Shown here piece after piece: positions 25,806-36,666 of a stretch of 64,000 nt of DNA; the stretch's first letter is position 1, and each line of letters opens with the position of its first letter. The DNA is from Octopus vulgaris (lineage: Eukaryota). Below the pieces are notes generated by a model. It ran no database searches. It had not been told where the DNA came from and saw nothing but the letters and a program-made list of their open reading frames with translations. Position numbers and translations under genes: made by a program. Where the stretch lies: assembly GCA_951406725.2 (NCBI GenBank), contig OX597831.1, positions 66,030,001 through 66,094,000 of the forward strand, in the 5' to 3' direction.

Positions 25806-25982
25806 TTTTGATGTGGAAAATGGTCAGGCACCAGGCCGTAGTCCCTTGGAAATGAGTCCTTCATCAGGATTAATATTACAAAATTTACCTCAGCGACGAG
25901 AATCATTTCTTTATAGATCCGATAGTGACTATGAACTGTCTCCAAAATCAAATTCAAGAAACTCCTCTATAGCCAGTGAATT
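25806..25982 (+). CDS. PDE4: Internal coding exon of a long-form cAMP-specific phosphodiesterase 4 (dunce-like), UCR1 N-terminal part
   Basis: Poly-T tract + TACAG acceptor, GTAAGT donor; reading from 25807 gives [58 protein letters not shown], which I recognise as PDE4 UCR1 including the PKA site RRESF; 177 bp, phase 2-2; not in the ORF track. Confidence 0.96.
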
Positions 25983-26184
25983 GTAAGTAAATGTATTAAA
26001 TAACTTCATTGTCTTTTACTGTTTTAAATGTCCAATCAATTTCAGTTTTTTTTTATCAATATTTCTTATAAAAGTTGAACATAACACATTGTATAGTATG
26101 TACATACCAATTTAGTAAATTGCATATAGTATGTACACTAATTATTATTGTCATTGCCTTTGTGGCTAATAAAAGAAATCATTC

Positions 26185-26193
26185 ATTATTATA

Positions 26194-26246
<53 letters not shown>

Positions 26247-26275
26247 CATTATTATTATTATTAATAATAATAATG

Positions 26276-26313
<38 letters not shown>

Positions 26314-26331
26314 TATAATAATAATAATAAT
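26185..26331. repeat. (ATT)n/(AAT)n inverted microsatellite
   Basis: Strand switch at about 26262. Confidence 0.9.
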
Positions 26332-28254
26332 GGATTTGCAGCTTCTGCCAATCTATCACCAGAAAAATGTTGTTGGATTGGCAGAATAATTAGTGTGCCA
26401 GGCAAATGCTTTCTAGTATTTGTTCTGGTACTTTCCATTCTTAGGCCAACTTTGCTTTTCATCCTTCTGGGGTCCATAAATTGAAATACCAGTCAAAGAC
26501 TGGTACAAAGGCTGGGCTTGGTGGTATTGACTAATCTGCTTCTCTCAAAATTGCTGGCCTTGTGCCTAAATCAGCAACAATTATTTTTCATTATAAATCA
26601 CATATCACATGTATGCTAATTATCATTGTGAACTCAAAAAAAAAAAAAAGGGGGGAGTAAATGTTGTTTGATGGGACTCCCAATTTTTAGCAGACTGCAG
26701 CAGGCAAGTGCTATCCAATTCCAGTATATCGGTGCGGACTTTCACTGACTCTTTGCTAAACTGTTCATGCGGAATAATGACCTGGAGGTGGTGAACTTCA
26801 ACACTTATGAAGACAATCTATTGTTTCTAGTTCTTTTCTAGCTATTTCTAATTATTTCTCTTCTCTACTGTTCTATTTCTCTTTGTCTATTTATGTATCT
26901 TTTGTGTTGAACTCTTTTATTTGATGTAGATCCCGTACCATTTCTTTCAATTTATTGGTCACAAGATTTCTAGTCCTTGTGGTCACTAAAATAACTTTTT
27001 ATTATTCAGATTTCTTTTTTAATGCTTTCACTACCCTCCTGAGTAAAGCTTGTATGCTTAGGATATGTTCTCTGTTTGTCTTATTGTTTTGATCATCTAC
27101 ATAATATGGGCAAAATGCTCTGTAGTGCTACTCTCTATATGTTTGGCATATTTTAAAATCCTTTTATTACTGTTGTTGTTCATATTATTATAAATTGCAT
27201 AAAAAAAAAATATTATTTTTATGACTCTCATGGTGTGAAGGCATGTTTCTTCTCTCTCTGAGATATTCTTGGCAAACTCAGTTAACCATGTTTTTGCCAC
27301 ATTTTCCACATTTTTTTGCCACATTTTCCACATTTTTGCCACAAAATGGCTCAGACAGCAGCATTGTATGAGACAGAATATTGCAACGGCAAATAATATG
27401 GAAAAGACAAAAAAGAAAAAAAGATACAAATTATGAAATAAACAAAAAGAAGAAAAAAAAATTAGCATTTTATTGAACAATTCATTGAAAAAATTGATCT
27501 GTCAAACAGATAGTCTTGAAGATGGCTATAATAACAACAACAACAACAGCAACACTCACACAGTCAGTGATTTTAAATCATTCATATAGTGGATATATTA
27601 CACAAATAGAATGTATAGATTTATCACAGGTCCCCAAAAAAAGTAAAGAGAATTTTGTAAATCTAGATACTTTCTTTGCTACAAGATGTGATCCGAGAAA
27701 GATCAAAGAAAAAATTATACATGTGTTCTAGAAAGGATGGTACTGAATTAGAATTAGCATTGAAGTGAAAATTACAATAAGTATTTGATGATATCTTGGG
27801 ATAAATTATCTCAGTCAAAAGGGTATAGAATTGTTTGTTGCATATTGAAAACCAAAGACTCAGCTAAAACAGAACCTTACACTTGTTACCCAGTATACGG
27901 AACAAACAAATAGATTGGTGATTATAAGAGGCATTGAAAACAGTGTTGATCTGTGGTTGATTGTTACCTCTGTACTTCTGTAGTATGGACAGGTACTTAA
28001 AGGAGGGTTAACAAGGGGCAACATGTGGTGAGAACTTTGAAAGACTAGGCCAGAAGACAAAAAAGCAAAGCAACATCAAGTAGCCGAGGCAGCAACAAGA
28101 ACAGCAAGCTCTAGTTTTCCAAGCATCATCAGTCTCGCTTCAGAAACCTTGATATGTGCTACATATATCAAAGCCTCTGTTTCAGGTTCTAGATTGCTCT
28201 TTTGTAACCACAGCCATCATTTATCTGAATCTGTGTCCCTGCTACAACTATACC

Positions 28255-29340
28255 CTACCCAACAGTAGCTTTAAAGATAGATTACTTTACAACCTCTCTC
28301 GGTCTAGTCCAAATAATTAAAATAGACGTAAGAGAATAATTTGGTTCACCCACCATCCTTTCCTAAGTGTTAAAAACCAGCATAGGTAAAGAATTCCTTT
28401 CTCTCTTAGATAATCATTTCCCCTTAGATCACAGGTACATAAAAATATTCAACATACACTCTATTAAATTATCATATAGCTGCTTCCCCAATATGGAGAG
28501 CATCATTGCATGCAAACACCACCAAGACCTTACCCAAGTTGTAACTGTCAAGACCAAGGACTCGACAAGGGCTGCATGATTAAAGCTATCGTATATGAGG
28601 CAGAAGTTACAGCAATGTTAGTTGATAACAGAACTGTAAAGAAGAGTTACATCAGGTTATGTGAAAGTGACTTCAAAAATTGCTGTGCTAACCACATATC
28701 TTTCTTAAGGTACAGGGACAAAAGTAAAGCCAATATGTTGACTTACCATGTATGGAGGTTGAAGTCTAATGCCCCACCACATAGAATCAAGTGAAAAATA
28801 GTTGAAAAATCCATGCCATATGTTAATGGATAAAAAAAATGCAAGGTATGCTTAACTGAAAGGTAGCAGATTCTTTTCAGATCTAAGAACTTCACCGCAC
28901 TGCTGAATTCCAAATCTGAAATTTTCAGTAGATGTAAATATATGGATAAGTTCCTGTTGGCAAATTGGAAAATACCACCCTCTCCTGATTGAGCGACTGT
29001 ACTGCAGACTCTTGACCTCTATCCATTCAGCCTTATTATGTGTGGCTTTACAGTCAAAGGAGACATAACTCTAATTACCCCTTTTTCCTTTTATTTTGCC
29101 TTTTTCTCTTTTCCTTTCATTTTCCGGTGTTTTCACCTTCCCACTTTTTACATCTGCCTTCTTGCTTTTTCTCATATTTTCTCTTATTCTACTATCCTGC
29201 TTTAGCTTTTATATGCCATGTGAGCACAGCCTGCAGATTGCCTGAAGGCACCAAGGATGTTATAAAATATCTGTGTTGTTTTCATTGCATGAAACTATTA
29301 GCAGTTTATAAAAATATTTTCTGTGTTCATTTAACAATAT
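28255..29340 (+). pseudogene. Decayed Naiad-type Penelope element 3' part (linker + GIY-YIG + pLTR), ending at (TA)n
   Basis: NRRKRIIWF..KTSIGKEFLSLLDNHFP..IFN..IKLSYSCFPNM..CNC..IVYEAEV..SYI..FK..NH..HVWRLK..IK*KI..CKVCLTE..LLNSKSEIFSRC. Confidence 0.88.
29238..29304 (+). ncRNA. Degenerate hammerhead motif in the Penelope 3' pLTR
   Basis: ttgc CTGAAGG...GAAA ctat TA gcag; A9 changed, stem II poor; position about 250 nt after the ORF stop fits a pLTR. Confidence 0.45.
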
Positions 29341-29351
29341 ATATATATATC

Positions 29352-31816
29352 ATAATGGAGTCATACCCAATGACTGGCGTAGCAGCACCATAGTCAACTG
29401 CTACAAGGGTAAGGGTGATGCTCTAGATAGAAATAACTACAGGGGTATTAAACTGTTGGATCAGGTGATGAAGACCACAGAGAGGGTCATAACCCATCTC
29501 ATTAGGGAGAGAATTTGCTTAGACGAGATGCTGTTCGGTTTTGTGCCAGGTAGAAGCACCACTGATGCTATATTCCTGGTCCGACAACTGCAGGAGAAGT
29601 ACCTAGCTAAAGATAAACCCCTCTACATAGCTTTTGTGGACTTAGAGAAAGCCTTTGACAGGGTTCCCCGATCCCTTATCTGGTGGTCGATGCGGAAACT
29701 GTTGATTGACGAATGGCTAATAAGGGCTGTACAGGCTCTATACAGAGAGGCTGTCAGCAAGGTTAGGATTGGCAACGAATATAGTGAAGAATTCCGGGTA
29801 GAAGTAGGTGTACACCAGGGCTCAGCCCTCAGTCCCCTTTTATTCATCATAGTCCTCCAGGCAATAACAGAGGAATTCAAAACAGGTTGCCTCTGGGAGC
29901 TCCTCTATGCTGATGACCTGGCCCTCATAGCAGAATCACTACCGGAACTAAAAAAGAAATTTCGGGTGTGGAAACAAGGGTTAGAATCTAAGGGCCTTAG
30001 AGTAAATGTAGCGAAGACCAAAGTTATAGTATGCAGAAAGGCGAACTCAGCACACACCCCATCGGGCAGGTGGCCCTGCTCGAGCTGTAGGAAAGGTGTA
30101 GGTAGAAACTCCATAAGATGCACCCAGTGTAAGCTATGGACGCATAAGAGGTGCAGCAACATCAAAGGGAAATTAACTGATAAGATAGCTTTCATGTGCG
30201 GCAGATGCACAGGGACAATAGACACCACAGACACTAAAAAAACAGATTCCATCACACTCCAGGGGAAGAAACTAGAAGTAGTTGATAGTTTCCGCTACCT
30301 GGGTGACCAAGTCAGTAGCGGGGGTGGATGCTCAGAGAGTGTCACCACTAGAACACGAATTTAGAAAGCTCCTACCCCTACCGGTGACAAAGGGTCTCTC
30401 ACTCAGATGATGCATGTGTGCGAACTGCCATGCTTCACGGCAGTGAAACATGGGCCGTGACTGCAGAGGACATGCGTAGACTTGAAAGAAATGAAGCTAG
30501 CATGATCCCCTGGATGTGTAATGTCAGTGTGAATGCACGACAGAGTGTAAGCACCCTGAGAGAAATGCTAGGCATAAGAAGCATCAGATGCGGTGTGCAA
30601 GAGTGACGCTTGCGATGGTATGGTCATGTATTGCGGATGGATGAGGAGAGATGTGTGAAGAAGTGCCACTCCCGAACAGTTGAAGGAATCAGGGGGAGAG
30701 GTAGACCCAGGAAGACATGGGATGAGGTAGTCAAGCATGACCTTAGAGCATTGGGCCTCACTGAGGCAATGGCGAAGGACCGAGATCTCTGGAGATGTGC
30801 TGTGACTACTAAGACCCGGGATGCTTCCGGCACCAGTTCCGCATACCCCCTGCCCATCCAAAGTACCTTGGATCCCGGAACATCTCGCTGTGCTTGAGGA
30901 GACCTGTTGAGTCAAGTGCATATACATGAACATCGAACCAAATATCAATGGAAACAGTAGCTGTGATACCTGTGCCGGTGACACATAAAAAGCACCATCC
31001 GAACGTGGCCGTTGCCAGTGCAGCCTCGACTGGCTTCTGTGCCGGTGCACACAAAAAGCACCGTCCAAACGTGGACCGATGCCAACCCCGCCTCGAATGG
31101 CTTCTGTGCCGGTGGCACATAAAAAGCACCATCCGAACGTGGCCGATGCCAGCACCGCCCCGACTGGCTTCTGTGCCGGTGGCACATAAAAAGCACCATC
31201 CGAGCGTGGCCAACACCAGCACCTCCTCGACTGGCTTCTGTGCCGATGGCACATAAAAAGCACCATCCGATCGTGGGATCCCGGAACATCTTTCTGTGCT
31301 TGAGGAGACCTGTTGAGTCAAGTGCATGTACATGAACATCAAACCAAATATCAATGGAAACAGTAGTTGTGATACCTGTGCCGGTGACACATAAAAAGCA
31401 CCATCTGAACGTGGCCGTTGCCAGTGCAGCCTCCACTGTCTTCTGTGCTGGTGGCACATAAAAAGCACCATCCAAACGTGACCGATGCCAACCCTGCCTC
31501 GAATGGCTTCTGTGCCAGTGGCACATAAAAAGCACCATCCGAACGTGGCCGATGCCAGCACCGCCTTGACTGGCTTCTGTGCCGGTGGCACATAAAAAGC
31601 ACCAACCGATCGTGGCCGATGCCAGACCCCTCTGGCACCTGTGCAGGTGGCACGTAAAAAGCGGAGTGGTTGGCCTTAGGAAGGACATCCAGCTGTAGAA
31701 ACACTGCCAGATCAGACTGGAGCCTGGGGCAGCCCTGGCTCCCCAGACCCCGGTCGAACCGTCCAACCCGTGCTAGCGCGGAAAACAGACGTTAAACGAT
31801 GATGATGATGATGATG
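29352..31816 (+). mobile_element. 5'-truncated RTE-clade LINE: RT with PHD-finger insertion, long repetitive 3' UTR, (GAT)n tail
   Basis: NYRGIKLL, FGFVPGRSTTDAIF, FVDLEKAFD, GVHQGSALSPLLF, LLYADD, FRYLG, HGSETW, RWYGHVLR, RGRPRKTW; frameshifts and stops after 30360. Confidence 0.95.
30871..31670 (+). repeat. 406-bp higher-order duplication built from 67-bp tandem units in the RTE 3' UTR
   Basis: GATCCCGGAACATCT at 30871 and 31277; unit starts at 31095, 31162 and 31229 (period 67). Confidence 0.92.
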
Positions 31817-32358
31817 AAATATATATATATATATATATATTATTATATATATATATATATCATATTATCTTTTATTTGTTCCAGTCATTAGACTGTGGCC
31901 ATGCTGGGGCACTATATATATATATAAATGACAAATATTTCTGAGGTACAACAAAAATGCATTTTGATACTAAGAGTTTACTAGAGTGCTTTATGTGTTT
32001 GGAATCAAATCTCTTACACAAAAGAGGAATACAAGATTTATATGCAGTTTTATAATTCACTAGGACATAAATATAATTGCAAACATATACATGCAGATAT
32101 GTAAAAAATATATGCATCTGTATTATTTCCATCGGCAGGAAGAAAGGAGCTGAATTTGAAATTCACTTATTGATATATACACCCATTGTTGCAAAACTAA
32201 AATGGATGTGTGACATAAAACCAGTTGAAATGTCGTAATTTCAAATGTCATTCTATTTTTGCATAAATTCTTACACAAAAGTGTTCTATATAGCCAAATT
32301 TAAAATTTTAAAAAAATAGGAATGTTCATCGTCATGATAAATATTACACAAACACGTA

Positions 32359-32900
32359 TATCATCATCATCATCATCATCGTTTAACATCCTATTTCTTT
32401 ACTACCCACAAGGGGCTAAACACAGGGAGGACAAACAAGGACAGACAAAAGGATTAAGTCGATTATATCGATCCCAGTGTGCAACTGGTACTTATTTAAT
32501 CGACCCCGAAAGGATGAAAGGCAAAGTCGACTTCAGCGGAATTTGAACTCAGAACGTAATGACAGATGAAATACGGCTACGCATTTCGCCTGGCGTGCTA
32601 ACGTTTCTGCCATCTTCCATTCATGCATGGGTAGGACGGTTGACAGCACCTGGCCAGGTAGAAGATCTACCCAAGATTATTGTGTCTGTTTTGACAGGGA
32701 TTTTACAGCTGGATGCCCTTCCTAACACCAACCACTCAACATAGTGGACTCAGTGATTTTTTATGTGACACTAGCACAGGTGAAGTTAGTTTTGGCAAGA
32801 TTTTTACAGCTGGATGCCCTTCCAGATGCCAACCACTTTACAGTGTGGACTGGATGCTTTTAACATGGCACCAGCACTGGCAGGGTAACTAAGTTACTCA
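32359..32900 (-). mobile_element. RTE 3' end (diverged) with an inserted MetaSINE-like copy at about 32391-32610
   Basis: (ATC)n + GTTTAAC tail; GCTGGATGCCCTTCC motif twice; family D SINE inside. Confidence 0.75.
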
Positions 32901-33306
32901 CAAGACAAGGGATTATGACAAGAGCAGAGCGTTTGTGTCAGAGGATGAAGTTAGAGTGTGACAAAGAGACAGAGAGACAGAAGCAGGTGCCTTGCCACTA
33001 CAGAAGGGGCATTAGAGGAGGTGATCCAGTATCAAATGATGAAAGGTTAGAGTGTGACAGAGAAACAGAGTGGCAGAAATAGGTGGCTTGTTATAAAGGA
33101 GGTACATGGTTACCCAGTGAGAGAGAGAGAGACAGACTGGGACAGAGGGAGGGGAGAGAGAGTGAGAGAGGGGTACAGAAAGAAACCAGAAACAAGTGTA
33201 AAGGTGATACTTGGTTACCTAGTCAGAGGAAAAACATGAGAAGGAGAGAGAGAGAGTGACCAAAAGGAAAAAGAGAGAGAGAGAGAGAGAGTGTGTGTGA
33301 CCAAAA

Positions 33307-33344
<38 letters not shown>

Positions 33345-33659
33345 TAGGAAACAGCAAAAGTGTCAGAGAGAGAGTAGGAGAGAGATGATGTAGTGCTAGG
33401 GTATGAGCATAGAACTTGGTTAGAAAAATAGGGAGTAGGTGTGCATGGTGGGAGTGGGGGGTGAGCAGTGATACAATGAGCACAGCAGTAAGGGTAAGAA
33501 AGGGGATTGGAAAACAGTCATGAGGAGGAAATGTGAGGAAGAGGAAAATGCAATTAGAAGAGGAGTTGTAGTTTGATTTCCCAGGGTAGAGCTTGTGAAA
33601 AGTGTGTTGTTACATGTGGGTGGGACACAACTTTTCTAGCTCTCAGTTTTGTGGATGGG

Positions 33660-34870
33660 TCTTCCCTAGGACCTCATATTACCAAACATCTCGGTCTACT
33701 GTCATTTCGTCTGTGAGCCCCAACATCCTAGGATCAGTCCTCATCACTTCATCCCATGTCTTCTTGGGTTTCCCTCTTCCACAGGTACCATCCACTTTCA
33801 GCAACAAGCACTTCTGTATACGGCTGTCTTTACTCATATGCATCACATGTCCAAACCAACGCAGTCTCCTCTCCTGCATACCATGTTCAATCCTTCTTAT
33901 GACTAACTTTACCCTTAACACAGACGTGCTCTGTTGGTCATGCACGCTGTTGTTGCAAGTCCAATGAAGCATACTACCTTCATTCCTCTCCAGCTTACGC
34001 ATGTCCTCCACAGTCAGAGCCCTTGTCTCACTACCATGTAATATAGCTGTTCTCACACAACATCATACAACCTACCTTTCACTCTGAGAGAGAGTCCTTT
34101 TGTTGCCAACGGGGGTAGTAGTTCTCTGAACTTCCTCCACCCTATTCTTATTCTTACTCTTGACTCTTTTACTCTTTTAGTTGTTTCAGTCATTTGACTG
34201 CGGCCATGCTGGAGCACCGCCTTTAGTTGAGCAAATCGACCCCGGGACTTATTCTTTGTAAGCCCAGTACTTATTCTATCGGTCTCTTTTGCCAAATCAC
34301 TAAGTGACGGAGACGTAAACACACCAGCATCGGTTGTCAAGCAATGCTAGGGGGACTAACACAGACACACAAACACACACATACATATATATATACATAC
34401 ATACGACAGGCTTCTTTCAGTTTCCGTCTACCAAATCCACTCACAAGGCATTGGTCGGCCCGGGGCTATAGCAGAAGACACTTGCCCAAGATGCCATGCA
34501 GTGGGACTGAACCCACAACCATGTGGTTGGTTAGCAAGCTACTTACCACACAGCCTCTCCTGCACCTAGAAACAATACTTTCAGAGCATCCTCCACCATT
34601 ACTAATTTGGTCACCTGAATAGCAGAAACTATCAACTAGCTCAAGAGAGCCTCCTGGGCATTTGAGAGAGTTTAAATCCATTGTGGTCTTAGTGTTTACT
34701 GTTCCTGTCCATCTGCCACACATGAAAGCAACTTTATCCAATAATCTTCCCATGAGTCCACTGCATCTGTTATGTATCCATAGTTTACACATGGTGTAGT
34801 GAATGGGATTACATCCCACTTCTTTCCTACATATTGAACTGGGCCATTTGCCAGCTGGAATGAGAGTCTT
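33660..34870 (-). pseudogene. Second, older RTE copy (PHD insertion + thumb + C-terminus), split by a family A SINE at 34163-34569
   Basis: KWPSSICRKEVG..CKLWIHNRC..FMCGRW..LELVDSFCYSGD; IGWRKFRELLP; HGSET..RRLRWFGHV..RGKPKKTW. Confidence 0.88.
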
Positions 34871-34890
34871 ATTTATATATACACATATAT

Positions 34891-35197
34891 GTGGAGGCAC
34901 ATGGCCTAGTGGTTAGAGCAGCGGACTCGCGGTCGAGGGATCGCGGGTTTGAATCTCAGACGGAGCGATGTGTGTGTTTATGAGCGAAAACACCTAAGCT
35001 CCACGCGGCTCCGGCGGAAGGTAATGGCGAACTTCTGCTAACTCTTTTGCCACAACTTTCTCTCACTCTTTCCTCCTGCATCTTGCAGCTCACCTGCGAC
35101 GGACCACCGTCCCGTCCAGGTGGGGAACCTATACGCCAAGAAACCAGGAAACCGGCCCTTATGAGCCAGGCATGGCTCAAGAAGGAACAAACAACAA
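34891..35197 (+). mobile_element. SINE family B, full length
   Basis: 12-bp TSD ATACACATATAT at 34879-34890 and 35198-35209. Confidence 0.9.
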
Positions 35198-35690
35198 ATA
35201 CACATATATAGAAAATTAAGAAATTATATAGACATTCATGTTAGCATTTGTATATTTGTATGTGTGTGTGTGCACACATATACGTTTTCTTTTATCTTTT
35301 ACTTGTTTCAGTCATTAGACTGCAGGTATGCTGGGATATCACCTTGAAGTGTTAATGATTTACCCCCTGTACTTATTGTTTTAAAATCTGTTACTTAGTC
35401 TGATGTAAACAAATGAACAGTGATTGTCAAATGGTTTGTGAAGAAACACAGATACACACACACACACACACATATATATAGAAATATGTATGATCTGCTT
35501 CGTTCGGTTTCCATCTACTAAATCCTATCACAAGGCTTTAGTTGGCCTGAGGATTTAGTAGAAGACACCCAGTGTGCCATGAGATGAGATTGAACCCAGA
35601 ACTATGTAGTTGGGAAGCCAACTCCTTACCCAACTGCACAGCCATGCCTGCACCTACATATGTGTGTGGATGCATATATGTATGTGTGTG

Positions 35691-35732
<42 letters not shown>

Positions 35733-35762
35733 CACAAATAAATATATATATCAGTATCTATC

Positions 35763-35851
<89 letters not shown>

Positions 35852-35907
35852 GAATGAGATAAAAAAAAGTCCAAGGCTGTGAAAGTTTTCAGAACATTAA
35901 TAAATAG

Positions 35908-35955
35908 GTCATACAGCTGTTTCCGGGATATTTTTTATATCCCTTCATCGGAGAC
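35908..35955 (-). ncRNA. Minimal hammerhead variant (CCGATGA core) next to (TA)n
   Basis: Minus strand: gtct CCGATGA a-gggata taaaaaa tatccc-g GAAA cagctg TA tgac; palindrome ACAGCTGT. Confidence 0.6.
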
Positions 35956-36436
35956 AGTGTGAGAAAATGGTTAAGAAATAGTTAATTTAGATAAGATATG
36001 AAATAGAGAGTGAGGTGGAGGAATGAAAATAGACGTGAGATATGCTGGGATATTGCATTTGTAGATCCATTATTTAGGCAGAATGGTATACATATAAGAT
36101 TCCAATACCTTGTGAGTAAATTCCAATAGTATTTAAAATTGGTCATTCCAAGTACAGTGTTTGTACACAGTGCTATTGAACAGAGGGTTTATTTAAAGTG
36201 ACCTAAAAGTAAGGAATGTATTTGTAAGGACAAATTTGACAAACTCTATACTTGGAATGGCCAAGGCTTAAAAAGAAAAGTCCTGGAGTTGATTTGTTTA
36301 ACTGAAACCCATTAAGGTGGTGCTCTAGCGTGACTACAATCAACTGGCTGAAACAAGTAAAGTGTCTATATATATTATCATCATTAATGCCTGCTTTCCA
36401 TGCTGGCATGAGTTAGACGGTACATGTGTGTGTACT

Positions 36437-36666
36437 GGTGAGCTGGCAGAAATGTTAGCATGCCGGGCGAAATGCTTGGCGGTATTTCGTCTGCCACTAC
36501 GTTCTGGGTTCAAATTCTGCTGAGGTCGACTTTGCCTTCCATCCTCTCAGGGTCGATAAATTAAGTACCAGTTATGCACTGGGGTCAATGTAATCGACTT
36601 AATCCTTTTGTCTGTCCTTGTTTGTCCCCTCTGTGTTTAACCCCTTGTGGGTAGTAAAGAAAGAGG
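36437..36666 (+). mobile_element. MetaSINE-like SINE family D, full length
   Basis: GAGCTGGCAGAAATGTTAGC head, GGTTCAAATTC B box, GACTTTGCCTTCCATCC..AAGTACCAG core; further relics near 26375, 38780, 39710, 50240, 50430, 51420, 54870. Confidence 0.82.

Noticed and set aside
27516-28100. Possible LINE ORF1-like or host coding remnant
   Set aside because: No recognisable motif and many stops; left unassigned.
28792-28794. In-frame TGA as selenocysteine, as reported for some Naiads
   Set aside because: It falls at a Trp position (IK*KI versus IKWKI in the relic near 2820), and the copy also has TAA/TAG stops and frameshifts; this is decay.
30968-31670. CRISPR-like array, and the overlapping 232-273 aa ORFs
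   Set aside because: The whole 67-bp unit repeats with no unique spacers, there are no cas genes, and it lies in a LINE 3' UTR in animal DNA; the ORFs are a by-product of the repeat.
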